Assembly: GCA_965249575.1 (NCBI GenBank)
Contig: OZ252244.1
Coordinates: forward strand, 224,001-288,000
From: Gemmatimonadales bacterium
Lineage (GTDB): Bacteria; Gemmatimonadota; Gemmatimonadetes; Gemmatimonadales; GWC2-71-9
DNA length: 64,000 nt
Direction of reading: 5' to 3'
Shown: positions 50,333 through 60,211 of the stretch, piece by piece
How positions within the stretch are numbered: the stretch's first letter is position 1
Layout: each line of letters begins with the position of its first letter
The notes under the pieces: generated by a model
What the model saw: only the letters and a program-made list of their open reading frames with translations
The model's database searches: none
What the model was told of the DNA's origin: nothing
Position numbers and translations under genes: made by a program

Positions 50333-52408
50333 CTACCCGACCCGGAAGAGCTCCATTCCCCGCTCGTAGCGGCGCTGAATTCGTTGTCGAAGGAGGGCAT
50401 GCTCACCACGTCTCAATGCCGGGTCTCGGTCGATGAGATTCATTGCTGCCCTGCGAGCCGCCAGGACGAGGTCGCCATCTCGCGTCAAATCGGTATACCG
50501 CAGAACGAGGCCGCCCGATTGCCGTGATCCGGCAAGCTCACCCATCCCCCGCTCCTTGAGATCGAGCTCGGCAATGCGGAAACCGTCGGCGGTCTCGGCA
50601 AACTGCCGAAGCCTTCCCACCGAGGGGTAGTGATCAGTCAGGAGGATGCAGTGGCCCTCGTCACCACCCCGACCGATGCGGCCCCGGAGTTGGTGGAGCT
50701 GGGCCAATCCGAATCGTTCGGGATGCTCGATGAGCATCACGTTGGCTGTGGGAACGTCTATACCCACCTCAATCACGGTGGTGGCCACGAGCACGCGGGT
50801 CGCGCCATCGCGAAACGAACGCATCACGCGGTCGCGCTCGTCCGCCTTCATGCGGCCGTGCACGAGCCCTACGGACACGGGCGCGAGCGCCTTGGTCAGT
50901 CGTTCAGCCATCGTGGTTGCGGCCTTCAGGTCCGCGCGCTCGGATTCCTCGATGACGGGATACACGACGTACGCCTGCGATCCCTCACCGCACTGCGCCT
51001 TGAGGAACTCGTAAATCGCCTTCCGGTCTTTCCCCGAGCGGATCCCGGTCGAGACCTGGCCGCGGCCCTCCGGCTTTTCGCGCAGAACCGAAATATCGAG
51101 ATCCCCGTACAGCGTGAGTGCCAGAGTTCGCGGAATCGGGGTGGCCGACAACAGGAGCACCTCGGGCGACTCGCCCTTTGCGATCAGAGCCGCCCGCTGC
51201 TCGACGCCGAAGCGATGCTGCTCGTCGATCACCACCAGGCCAAGCGCCTTGAAGTCGGTGGCGTCTTCAATCAATGCGTGCGTACCAATCACGATGCTCG
51301 CCTCTCCCATTGCGAGTCGGCGGCGCACCGCAGATTTCTCCAGCGGCGTGAACCGTCCGAGCAGCCGCTCGGGCACGATGCCAAGCGGCGCCAAGAGCTT
51401 CGTGAGCGTGCGTCCATGCTGCTCCGCCAGGAGCTCGGTGGGCGCCATGAACACCGCCTGGTAACCATTTTCGACGGCAAGTAGCATGGCGAACAGCGCC
51501 ACGACGGTTTTGCCCGTTCCCACATCTCCCATCAGCAGCCGGTGCATGCGATCGCTTCCAGCCAGGTCGGCGGTGATCTCCCTAATGGCGTGTTTCTGGC
51601 CCTTCGTCAGCTGGAACGGAAGGGCGTTCTTCAGATTGGTCGTCAGCTGCTTCTTGAGATCGAACTGGAGAACCTTGGTTGGGCGTTTCGCGAGGTATCG
51701 CGCCCGCGCGACGACGAGCTGAAGGTCGAAGAGCTCTTCAAAGGCGAGCCGTCGACGGCCTGCTTCGACCATATCGGGTGACACCGGACGGTGCAGCGCG
51801 ACCAGCGCCTTCTCAAGCGGTACCATTTCCACCGCATCCTTGACGGACGGGGGCAAGACATCAACAACCGTGGACAGGATCTCGTCCAAGTGTGTTGCTA
51901 CGATGCGCCGGATGAGGCGATGGCTCAGGCCCTCGGTGGCCGGATAGACCGGCAGCACCATGCCCTGCTCGGGGGACTCATCTCCGTCGGGCTCGTCGGC
52001 ATCTGCAAGGATGACGTGCTCGCGCGGCACCGCTTGGCGGCCGTGGTAGTACTTCACCGGACCCGTCACGAGGAGAAGCTGACCCTGCTTGATGCTGCGC
52101 TCGAGAAAGGCCTGACCGGGCCAGGCGCATTCGATTACTCCGGAACCGTCCTTCAACACGGCCCGAAACACCCGTAGCCGCCGCCGCGTCGGGACCACGC
52201 CAGTCGACAGCACGCGACCCACCAGCGTCACCTCGTCCCCAACGGAGGCCCTTGCTGCCGGCGTCACGCTCCGCGCGTCGAGGTACCGGTGCGGGACGTG
52301 ATACAGGAGATCTTCGGCGGTGATGACGCCGATCCGCGCAAAAGCCTCGGCGCGCCGCGGCCCGACCCCCTTGAGGAACTGCACCGGGGTATCGAGCTGC
52401 ACGACCAT
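50333..52408 (-). CDS. recG: ATP-dependent DNA helicase RecG
   Basis: GDVGTGKT, DEQHRFGV, SATPIPRTL, QLHQLRGRIGRG. Confidence 0.96.
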   Translation of the reverse strand: MVVQLDTPVQFLKGVGPRRAEAFARIGVITAEDLLYHVPHRYLDARSVTPAARASVGDEVTLVGRVLSTGVVPTRRRLRVFRAVLKDGSGVIECAWPGQAFLERSIKQGQLLLVTGPVKYYHGRQAVPREHVILADADEPDGDESPEQGMVLPVYPATEGLSHRLIRRIVATHLDEILSTVVDVLPPSVKDAVEMVPLEKALVALHRPVSPDMVEAGRRRLAFEELFDLQLVVARARYLAKRPTKVLQFDLKKQLTTNLKNALPFQLTKGQKHAIREITADLAGSDRMHRLLMGDVGTGKTVVALFAMLLAVENGYQAVFMAPTELLAEQHGRTLTKLLAPLGIVPERLLGRFTPLEKSAVRRRLAMGEASIVIGTHALIEDATDFKALGLVVIDEQHRFGVEQRAALIAKGESPEVLLLSATPIPRTLALTLYGDLDISVLREKPEGRGQVSTGIRSGKDRKAIYEFLKAQCGEGSQAYVVYPVIEESERADLKAATTMAERLTKALAPVSVGLVHGRMKADERDRVMRSFRDGATRVLVATTVIEVGIDVPTANVMLIEHPERFGLAQLHQLRGRIGRGGDEGHCILLTDHYPSVGRLRQFAETADGFRIAELDLKERGMGELAGSRQSGGLVLRYTDLTRDGDLVLAARRAAMNLIDRDPALRRGEHALLRQRIQRRYERGMELFRVG

Positions 52409-53295
52409 CAGTCGGCCAGCAAGCGCTCGGCGAAGCCGACGGGGTCGAAGACTTCGAGGTCGTCCAACCCCTCACCGAGACCAAGGAATCGAATGGGAAC
52501 GTCGAGCTCGCGCTTCAGCGCGACGACCGCCCCCCCCCGGGCCGTGCCGTCGAGTTTCGTGATGATGAGCCCCGTAATGGGCACCGCGTCGGTGAATGCG
52601 ACGCCCTGACGCACCGCGTTCTGCCCAACAGTCCCGTCCAGGACCAGGAGACTTTCGTGGGGAGCGCCCACGCGGCGGCGCGCCAGAACACGGACGATCT
52701 TTTTCAACTCCTCCATCAGGTCGGCATGGGTATGCAGTCGACCCGCCGTATCCACGAGGACGACCTCGATGCCCCGCGCCTCCGCAGACACCAGGGCATC
52801 GAAGGCTACAGCCGCCGGATCGCCACTACCGGTCACGTAGGGAACGCCCAGGCGTTCGGCCCAGCTCTGGAGTTGCTCGCTCGCCCCCGCTCGATAGGTA
52901 TCGGCGGCCGCGAGAAGGACCGTCTTCCCCTGGCGGAGCAGCCGGTGAGCGATCTTCGCGGTTTGGGTCGTCTTCCCGACCCCGTTCACACCAAGCATCA
53001 AGACAACAGCGGGCCCCGCGTCGTCACCGGAAGCCAAGGCTCCGGGATCGTCGGGGCCCGCGAGCACCTTGGCGATCTCATCGCGCAGGTTTTCGCGAAG
53101 ACCGTCCCAGTCCTTGAGTTGTCCTCGCCGGAGCTGTTCGTCGAGATACTCGGTCAACTCGAAGGCCACCGGTCCGAAGTCCGCTTCCAGAAGAACGTGT
53201 TCCATGCGTTCCAGGGAGTCGCGGTCGATACCCCGAACGAGCACGGCCACGTCGGTCAGCGCGACGCTCTTGATCCGCTCCCAAAGCTGGCCCAC
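52408..53295 (-). CDS. ftsY: SRP receptor FtsY
   Basis: GVNGVGKTT, DTYRAGA, DTAGRLH, TKLDGTARGG. Confidence 0.95.
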   Translation of the reverse strand: MGQLWERIKSVALTDVAVLVRGIDRDSLERMEHVLLEADFGPVAFELTEYLDEQLRRGQLKDWDGLRENLRDEIAKVLAGPDDPGALASGDDAGPAVVLMLGVNGVGKTTQTAKIAHRLLRQGKTVLLAAADTYRAGASEQLQSWAERLGVPYVTGSGDPAAVAFDALVSAEARGIEVVLVDTAGRLHTHADLMEELKKIVRVLARRRVGAPHESLLVLDGTVGQNAVRQGVAFTDAVPITGLIITKLDGTARGGAVVALKRELDVPIRFLGLGEGLDDLEVFDPVGFAERLLAD

Positions 53296-55128
53296 CTAGG
53301 GAAGGCCCCGCCGCAGCCGCCAGGCCCATTCCCCCACGAACGCCAGGACCGCAAAAGCGAACCACCACCACCGATCCCTCGGCCGGACCTCGACGAGGAC
53401 GTACGCGTCGCCGCCCTCGGTTGGCGGAATCGTCGGGTCGTGCAGACGGTGTTCGTCCGAATACCCCTCGACAGCAATCACGCCCCCGGCTTCCGCCACG
53501 TCCGGGGCCGCCCACTGGTACACGCCCGGATCGAGATCGAGTGAGGCAGCCCCCTCCCCGTCGAACCGAAGGGCATGCACTGTCGCCGTGTCCGCGCCCG
53601 TGATATGCACCACGACCGAGTCGGGCAGAGAGTCCGCGGTCCATCGGAACGCGGTGCCCCTGCCACGAGGTACAACCTCAGCGGCGGTGAGCAGGGCTTG
53701 CTCGCGCAGCGCCGCGGCGCCGAGCAGCCAGTCGACGCCACTGGCCACCACCGCTCGGTATGCCTCACGCGGGGCTCCGCCCCGGAACGCCCAGCGCCAG
53801 AAACCGCCCCCTGCCGTGACGAGTCTCCGGACGCCACCGGAATCGCGCCCGACCAAGACGGGCCGCTCGGTTCCCCTGCGACCGGAGCGCGCCGCCAGTC
53901 CAACCCAATCGGCATCGCCCGGCGCCAAGGGCCTCACCCCCGTGAGCGGCGGTACGGAATCCCACCGAACGGCCGCGAGACGGCCCGCGAGCGGTGATGA
54001 CGGGACATCGGTCCCAACGTACCAATCACCGCCGAGCGACGCCCCGCGGAGGTCCAGCCCCTCCGCCCAATGCCAGCTCGGCTGGCGACTCCGGCCACGC
54101 CACTCGGCCAGCGTCGCGGCTCTTGCAATCACGAGACCCGCCGACCGGGACGCTCGACGCACGTCGCCATCCGAAACCGCTGTCTGGGTGCGCATGTCTA
54201 CCCAGCGCCCCGGACCAACCCTGGCGAAGGAACGGACAGGCGCATTGACGACCTCGAGCAACACCGAGGCCAGGAACCGGCCTTCCCAATCCGGGGTGTC
54301 CACAACAACCGCAATGGCAGGCTGCTCGGTCACCGTCACGAGACGCCATCGCACATCATCTCCGGGCTCGGCGTCACCGGGTGTAGAGAGAGCGAACGTC
54401 AGGACGTGTGTGCCGGGCGCGAGAGACCCGGGGCGCAGTCTGAGGGTTCGACGGGCGACGTCCGTCCCCGGACCGAGGCGAAGATCGGTGCGCAACAGCC
54501 GGCGGCCACCGGTGCGGATCTCCAACTGCGATGTGGAGCTCGCCAGCTCCCCTTGCCTGGCTACGAGGAGGGTCACCGCAATCGAGTCACCGCGCTGCAC
54601 ACGGCGCTCGAGGTCAACGTCGATGATCGAGACGTTGGGCACCGTATCCCTTGGAAGGAGCACGAACCGCACGCCGCGCAAAAGGCTGGGCGGAATCGAT
54701 TGGCCGTCGGCAATTTCTCCATCCGTTACGACGATAACCGGCCCTCCGCGGGAGACGGCTACACGGAGCGCATCGGTCAGCTCGCTCGATCCGGCGGACG
54801 GAGGAAGGGTGTCGAGCCGCGCCAGGCCAGTCCCGAACATGAGCACGGACGCAGGCGACGGAGCCAATGCCAGGGCGGTGTCGAGCGCGGTGCGCCAGTG
54901 CCCACCTGGCCCGTCCATGCTGAGCGATCCGTCGAGCAATACCGTTGGCGGCGCGCCCGCCGCGCGGCTGGTACGGCTCGGGTTGAAAAAGAGTAGCGCG
55001 AGCGAGAACAGGCCGAACGTCCGGAGTGCCGCCAACCCCAACCCAGAGCGCCCCAGCCCCTCGCGTCCCAGATAGACGGCCAGCGCAACAGCCGCCGCGG
55101 CAACGCCAACGAGAATCACCGCGAGCAT
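53296..55128 (-). CDS. Membrane-anchored vWA-like hypothetical protein
   Basis: LLDGSLSM, VVTDGE, N- and C-terminal TM helices, EWAWRLRRGLP end. Confidence 0.7.
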   Translation of the reverse strand: MLAVILVGVAAAAVALAVYLGREGLGRSGLGLAALRTFGLFSLALLFFNPSRTSRAAGAPPTVLLDGSLSMDGPGGHWRTALDTALALAPSPASVLMFGTGLARLDTLPPSAGSSELTDALRVAVSRGGPVIVVTDGEIADGQSIPPSLLRGVRFVLLPRDTVPNVSIIDVDLERRVQRGDSIAVTLLVARQGELASSTSQLEIRTGGRRLLRTDLRLGPGTDVARRTLRLRPGSLAPGTHVLTFALSTPGDAEPGDDVRWRLVTVTEQPAIAVVVDTPDWEGRFLASVLLEVVNAPVRSFARVGPGRWVDMRTQTAVSDGDVRRASRSAGLVIARAATLAEWRGRSRQPSWHWAEGLDLRGASLGGDWYVGTDVPSSPLAGRLAAVRWDSVPPLTGVRPLAPGDADWVGLAARSGRRGTERPVLVGRDSGGVRRLVTAGGGFWRWAFRGGAPREAYRAVVASGVDWLLGAAALREQALLTAAEVVPRGRGTAFRWTADSLPDSVVVHITGADTATVHALRFDGEGAASLDLDPGVYQWAAPDVAEAGGVIAVEGYSDEHRLHDPTIPPTEGGDAYVLVEVRPRDRWWWFAFAVLAFVGEWAWRLRRGLP

Positions 55129-55829
55129 GCCAACGCCTCCTCCAAGCTAAACCGGCCTTCATGCAGGGCGCGACCCACAATCACCCCGGCCAGGCCCGCC
55201 GATCGGGCGGCCACGAGCTCCGCGAGACCCGACACGCCACCGGATGCTATGACATCTGCGCCGAGTGGCACGAGCTTCGCCGCCCCTCCCACATCGCAAC
55301 CAGCGAGCAGACCGTCGCGGGCCATGTCCTTGTACACCACGTGGCGCACTCCCGAGTCGATCGCCCGACTCACCAAAGCGGTGACGGAGACCTCAAGCAA
55401 TTTGCGCTCACCGCGCACCGCCGGCTTGCCGTTCCGAACATCGAGCGCAACCGCCAGGCTCGCTGCACCAGCCTCTCGAATGATGTGTGCCAACGCACTC
55501 GGAATAGTCACTGCGGCCGTGCCAACAATCGCCCTCGCGGCGCCCGCCTCGAGGGCAATCTGGACATCGCGTGTCGTGCGCAAGTTACCACCAACCTGGA
55601 CGGAGATGTTGGGTAGCCGGGTGATCCGACGGAGGACAGCGGTATTGTCCTTGCCGGTATCAAAGGCCCGGTCCAGGTCGACTATATGGAGCCAGGTCGC
55701 ACCCGCCGTCGCGAACGCCTCGGCTTGGGCTTCGGGTTCAGTGGCGTAGGGTGTCTCCCGGAGGTGCTCCCCTTCGACCAGCCGCACGACCCGTCCGTCC
55801 TTGATGTCGATGGCGGGGTAGATCTGCAC
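55116..55829 (-). CDS. hisA: ProFAR isomerase HisA
   Basis: IYPAIDIKDGRVVRL, LHIVDLD, QVGG, IASGGV, VIVGRAL. Confidence 0.93.
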   Translation of the reverse strand: MQIYPAIDIKDGRVVRLVEGEHLRETPYATEPEAQAEAFATAGATWLHIVDLDRAFDTGKDNTAVLRRITRLPNISVQVGGNLRTTRDVQIALEAGAARAIVGTAAVTIPSALAHIIREAGAASLAVALDVRNGKPAVRGERKLLEVSVTALVSRAIDSGVRHVVYKDMARDGLLAGCDVGGAAKLVPLGADVIASGGVSGLAELVAARSAGLAGVIVGRALHEGRFSLEEALACSR

Positions 55830-55851
55830 CGACGACTAAGCCCGTGGCGGC

Positions 55852-57114
55852 TCAGTTACCACCCAGTACGAGTTCATAAGTCGCGGGACCGTCGAGCAGG
55901 AGGTCGTAGTGGCGGCGGAGGGAATCGAACTCTTCGTGTCTCGCATCCGGCAGCGGCTCGCCTTCTCCGAAATCCACCGATCTGGGATTCAGAAACCGGC
56001 CGTTCTTGAGAAACTCGTAGTGTACGTGCGGCCCGTTGGCCAGCCCAGTCATGCCCACGTACCCTACCACCTGTCCCTGTGCGACCCGTACCCCGGACCG
56101 AATCCCCCGGCGTATCCTGCTCATGTGAGCGTACCGGGTCTCGATGCCCTTGGCGTGCCGCACCTTGACCATCAATCCGTACCCACCGTCACGGCTGGCG
56201 AACTTCACCACACCGTCGCCCGTGGCGTAGATCGGCGTGCCCGTGCCGGCGGCGTAATCGACCCCGTAGTGGGCTCGCCAGCGACCCAACACAGGATGGA
56301 ACCGGCGGCCAGAAAAACTCGAGTAGATTCGCAGGTACGCGACCGGATTGCGTTTGAACGCTCGGCGCAGGGAGACGCCGCGCGCATCGAAATAGGTATT
56401 GCGCCCCTGGTCATCGACGATCACGTACGCGGTGTTCTCCACCCCCCGCGTTTCCAGCTTGGCCGATACCAGGCGGCCGTACCGCACGTCTCCGAGAGAC
56501 GAAGCAAGGCGGTCGTACAGCAGTCGAAAGCGATCACCGGGATAAACTTCTCGCGAGAAGTCGATGTCCCATCCGAACACGCCGTCCGCGAGGTCGGCGA
56601 TGAGTCGATCTCGTTGCGGAGCATCGAGCACCGAATCGGGAATGACTCGGTGAATCGACTCGTACAGCGAACCCTCGATGACGCCCTCGAACCGCATCGT
56701 TCGGGCGCGCCACTCTATCTGCTCCATCTCCCCCGTCCACCCGTCATCGCCCCGCCGCAGCTGGAGCCGCTGATCGGCGTCGAGTCGAACCGCGATGCCA
56801 GTCGGAGTGGACTCACCGACCGCGTATCGGAACTCGAAGACGCGTCCGGCTCGGATGCGGCGAGGATTGAGCGAGGGCGCGGCTCCGAGCACGTCATACA
56901 TCTCGTTCCCCGTGATCCCCTGTCGGCCGAGCAGCGCGGAGAGCGGCTCATCGAGATGCAGCGTGTCGGTACGCTCGGTATAGGCGAAATCCACGACGAT
57001 CGGGGGTGCAACTGGGAGCCGCCGAAGTGACCACGCTCGCCCTGCACCCCAAAACGTCCCCAGCGCCGCCACCGTGATCACGGCGCCCACGGCGTACCGG
57101 TGATGCAGCATCAA
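55852..57114 (-). CDS. M23 family murein endopeptidase (MepM/OapA-like)
   Basis: HYGVDYAA, YAHMS, GPHVHYE. Confidence 0.9.
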   Translation of the reverse strand: MMLHHRYAVGAVITVAALGTFWGAGRAWSLRRLPVAPPIVVDFAYTERTDTLHLDEPLSALLGRQGITGNEMYDVLGAAPSLNPRRIRAGRVFEFRYAVGESTPTGIAVRLDADQRLQLRRGDDGWTGEMEQIEWRARTMRFEGVIEGSLYESIHRVIPDSVLDAPQRDRLIADLADGVFGWDIDFSREVYPGDRFRLLYDRLASSLGDVRYGRLVSAKLETRGVENTAYVIVDDQGRNTYFDARGVSLRRAFKRNPVAYLRIYSSFSGRRFHPVLGRWRAHYGVDYAAGTGTPIYATGDGVVKFASRDGGYGLMVKVRHAKGIETRYAHMSRIRRGIRSGVRVAQGQVVGYVGMTGLANGPHVHYEFLKNGRFLNPRSVDFGEGEPLPDARHEEFDSLRRHYDLLLDGPATYELVLGGN

Positions 57115-58274
57115 TCCATCTGTCGGCGGATAAAAGTCGGGATCTCCATTTCTGCGACCTCTCCCGGCTCCGCCTTGGGATTCGAGGGACCCCGGGGCGG
57201 CTGGGGTGTGGCCGGCGGCGGAGTGGGTTGGGGAGCGGAGGGGCGTGACGAGCGCTGAGGAAACGGGAGCACCCCAGGCATGCCGCGGCCGTGGCTGGCG
57301 CCCTGAACCGCCTCTTCCCTGTCGAAACCCGTCGCGATAACGGTTACCCGGATTTCCCCTTCCATCGCAGCGTCGTGCACGGCCCCGAAAATGATCTCAG
57401 CCTGGTCGCCGGCCGCGTCATGCACGATCTCACTGATTTGATTGACCTCCCCGAGGACGAGATCGTCGCCGCCCGCTATGTTGACCAGGACGCCCGTCGA
57501 GCCACCGATGGAGACGTTGTCGAGCAGCGGGCTGGATATCGCTTGCTGGGCCGCCTCGAGTGCTCGGTCGTCCCCGCGTCCGATCCCGGTTCCCATCAGC
57601 GCGGAGCCGCCGTTCTGCATGACCGTGCGCACGTCCGCGAAATCGACGTTCACGAGACCCGTGACGCTTATTAACGTCGAGATCCCGTGGGTGGCATGCA
57701 GCAGCACTTCGTCAGCCTTCTTGAGCGCCTGCTGGAACGGCACGTTCTTGCCCACTACTGCGAGCAGGCGCTCGTTCGGTACCACGATCATCGTGTCGAC
57801 GTGCTTTCGCAGCTCGGCGATGCCGATTTCCGCCTGCCGCATACGCTTCCGCCCCTCGAAGAGGAACGGCCGAGTGATGATCCCGACGGTCAGGGCCCCG
57901 ACGTCGCGCGCCAGTTGGGCGATGATCGGTGCGGCCCCCGTTCCAGTCCCCCCACCCATACCGCACGTCACGAAGACCAGGTCCGCGCCGTCCACAGTGT
58001 GGAGGACTTCGTCCCGGTTCTCCTCGATCGCCTGCCGCCCGATCTCGGGTCGCGCCCCCGCACCCAACCCGCGGGTCAGCTTCTTCCCGATCTGAACCTT
58101 CACATCGGCCTTGTTGTTGAGCAGCGCCTGCGCGTCGCAGTTGACCGAGATGAACTCCACTCCGGTCAGGTGCTCGTCGATCATTCGGTTTACGGCGTTA
58201 CCGCCCCCACCGCCGACGCCGACGACCTTCATGCGAGCGTTCTGTGAGACCGTTTCCTCGAGTTCGAAGACCAT
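57111..58274 (-). CDS. ftsZ: Cell division protein FtsZ
   Basis: GGGGGNAV, GMGGGTGTG, NVDFADV, EIPTFIRRQ. Confidence 0.98.
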   Translation of the reverse strand: MVFELEETVSQNARMKVVGVGGGGGNAVNRMIDEHLTGVEFISVNCDAQALLNNKADVKVQIGKKLTRGLGAGARPEIGRQAIEENRDEVLHTVDGADLVFVTCGMGGGTGTGAAPIIAQLARDVGALTVGIITRPFLFEGRKRMRQAEIGIAELRKHVDTMIVVPNERLLAVVGKNVPFQQALKKADEVLLHATHGISTLISVTGLVNVDFADVRTVMQNGGSALMGTGIGRGDDRALEAAQQAISSPLLDNVSIGGSTGVLVNIAGGDDLVLGEVNQISEIVHDAAGDQAEIIFGAVHDAAMEGEIRVTVIATGFDREEAVQGASHGRGMPGVLPFPQRSSRPSAPQPTPPPATPQPPRGPSNPKAEPGEVAEMEIPTFIRRQMD

Positions 58275-58298
58275 GGGTCCCTCGTAGCTCTTGCTCAG

Positions 58299-59531
58299 TT
58301 AGAAAAAGTCCTGCAACCAGCGCTTGACCGGACCCAGAATCCGGCTCACCCCTACACCCCCGTCCGCCCCCAATTGCGCCTTCTGGCGGGCGCCGTACAA
58401 CACCAGGCCCACTGGCAGCGAGTAGCGCGGGGCCTGCACGCTGTCCACGAGTCCGCTGATCCCGCGATTCGGCCGCCCGTCCCGAGCCGGCATGGCAAAC
58501 ACGTCTCTCGCCAGCTCAACGGCACCGGCCAGGTGCGCGCCGCCCCCGGTCAGGACGATTCCGGCGGGCAGCGGATCGCTGAATCCCGCTTGATCGATCT
58601 CCCGGAGCACGAATCCGTAGATCTCGTCCATCCGTTGGTGAATGATGTGCGCCAGCAGCTCGCGATTGGTCTGACGCGCACCCTGCCCCGGTGTACCCGG
58701 TAGCTCGATCACCTCGCTGGGATCGACCAGTGGCTCGTAGGCGATTCCCCAGCGCTCCTTGAGCCGCTCGGCATCGACCTGGGTCACCTGGAGTCCCTGC
58801 ACAATGTCGCTGGTAACGTGTGATCCCGCAAAGCGCAGCGACGCCAGGTGCCGGACCTTGCCTTCCCGGAAGACGGCGATTGTGGTCGAACCGCCGCCCA
58901 AATCCAACAGCATACATCCGAGTTCCTTTTCTTCTTCGGTCAGGACGGCGAGCGCCGTGGCCAGCGGCTCCAGCACCAGGTCGATGATCCGATATCCGGC
59001 CCGCTCGACCGATTTCCGCAGATTTTGGGCTGCCGTACTCTGGACCGAGACCAAATACATCTCTACCTCGAGCCGGAGACCGGTCATGCCCAGCGGGTCG
59101 TGGATCCCGCCTTGACCGTCGACTTTGTACTCCTGGGCAATGTAATGCAGCAATTGCCGATCGGGCCCCAGGTTGATGGCTTTGGCCGAATCGTCCACAC
59201 GCTTGACGTCATCCCGACGGATCTCTTCCTCGGTCACGGCCGCTAACCCTACCGAGCTTCTACCAGCCACATGCTCACCCGCAATCCCGCAGTAGAGCGC
59301 CGGCACCTGCACACCGGCCATCCGCTCGGCGTCTCGGAGCGCCTGGACGATCGACCGCGTCGTTTCCTCGATGTCTCGGACCATCCCTCGCCGCACGCCC
59401 GACGCCTTGGCCAACCCGACGCCCAGCACCTTGGCGCCCGGCGCTCGGGCATCCCCAGTCGCTTCGGCGATCACGGCACAGGTCTTCGTGCTGCCCAGAT
59501 CGAGCCCTGCAACCAGCGCCTCGCGCTTCAC
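58299..59531 (-). CDS. ftsA: Cell division protein FtsA
   Basis: GLDLGSTK, LDLGGGST, VLTGGGA, C-terminal WLQDFF amphipathic helix. Confidence 0.96.
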   Translation of the reverse strand: MKREALVAGLDLGSTKTCAVIAEATGDARAPGAKVLGVGLAKASGVRRGMVRDIEETTRSIVQALRDAERMAGVQVPALYCGIAGEHVAGRSSVGLAAVTEEEIRRDDVKRVDDSAKAINLGPDRQLLHYIAQEYKVDGQGGIHDPLGMTGLRLEVEMYLVSVQSTAAQNLRKSVERAGYRIIDLVLEPLATALAVLTEEEKELGCMLLDLGGGSTTIAVFREGKVRHLASLRFAGSHVTSDIVQGLQVTQVDAERLKERWGIAYEPLVDPSEVIELPGTPGQGARQTNRELLAHIIHQRMDEIYGFVLREIDQAGFSDPLPAGIVLTGGGAHLAGAVELARDVFAMPARDGRPNRGISGLVDSVQAPRYSLPVGLVLYGARQKAQLGADGGVGVSRILGPVKRWLQDFF

Positions 59532-60211
59532 GTCCGGCTCCGGCGCACCACCAGCCAGCCCGCAAACCGAGCGTCCAGCTCGGCATACCTGCGTCCTGTG
59601 CGGGCGAGGTGTCGGCGCACCGCACCCACCGCCCGTACCTCAGGACCGGTGGGGACCCCATCGAGCACTACTCGCCGCCCCCTCACATCGAGCCACACGT
59701 CACCGCGGTCGCTGCGCTGCGCCCCATCGACCTCGTCAAACAGAGTCGCGTCGCTCGAGCGCACGGCGGCCAGTACCTGCAGCAGAACGGTGTCGGCTCG
59801 CGGGACGAGCGGTAGATCCAGCCCCGTTGCGGCCGGGTCGTACGGCAACAGCCGGGCATCCCCGTCGAGCACGACCAGCCGTTCGGGTCCGGGCGCAAGC
59901 GCGACTGGAGTTCGCTCGCGCAGCGTCACGCGGATGGTGCCCGGCATTCGCCGGTCTACCCGGGCCGACTCGACCCCGACGATCGCACCCACTCTTCCCT
60001 CCAGCACGGACAAATCATCGAACGCATTGTGATCGAGTCGCAATCCGAGCGCGGCGATGACCGAGTCGGGCGCAAGGTAGCGCACGCCTACCAGCTCGAT
60101 CTGCCGGACGCGGAAGAAGTCGATTTGACGGGCGAGGAGAGGCACCACAAGGATCATCCCCAACCCCACCGCCAAGGTGGCGCCCACGACGACCCACTGA
60201 CGCTTTTTCAC
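59528..60211 (-). CDS. ftsQ: Cell division protein FtsQ
   Basis: TM helix, FRVRQIELVG POTRA domain, RRMPGTIRVTLRER, LDARF; lies between murC and ftsA. Confidence 0.85.
   Translation of the reverse strand: MKKRQWVVVGATLAVGLGMILVVPLLARQIDFFRVRQIELVGVRYLAPDSVIAALGLRLDHNAFDDLSVLEGRVGAIVGVESARVDRRMPGTIRVTLRERTPVALAPGPERLVVLDGDARLLPYDPAATGLDLPLVPRADTVLLQVLAAVRSSDATLFDEVDGAQRSDRGDVWLDVRGRRVVLDGVPTGPEVRAVGAVRRHLARTGRRYAELDARFAGWLVVRRSRT

Noticed and set aside
53588..55075. Long plus-strand ORF (495 aa) and similar antisense ORFs across the window
   Set aside because: Shadow frames of GC-rich genes, with Ser/Arg/Pro-rich composition and no motifs
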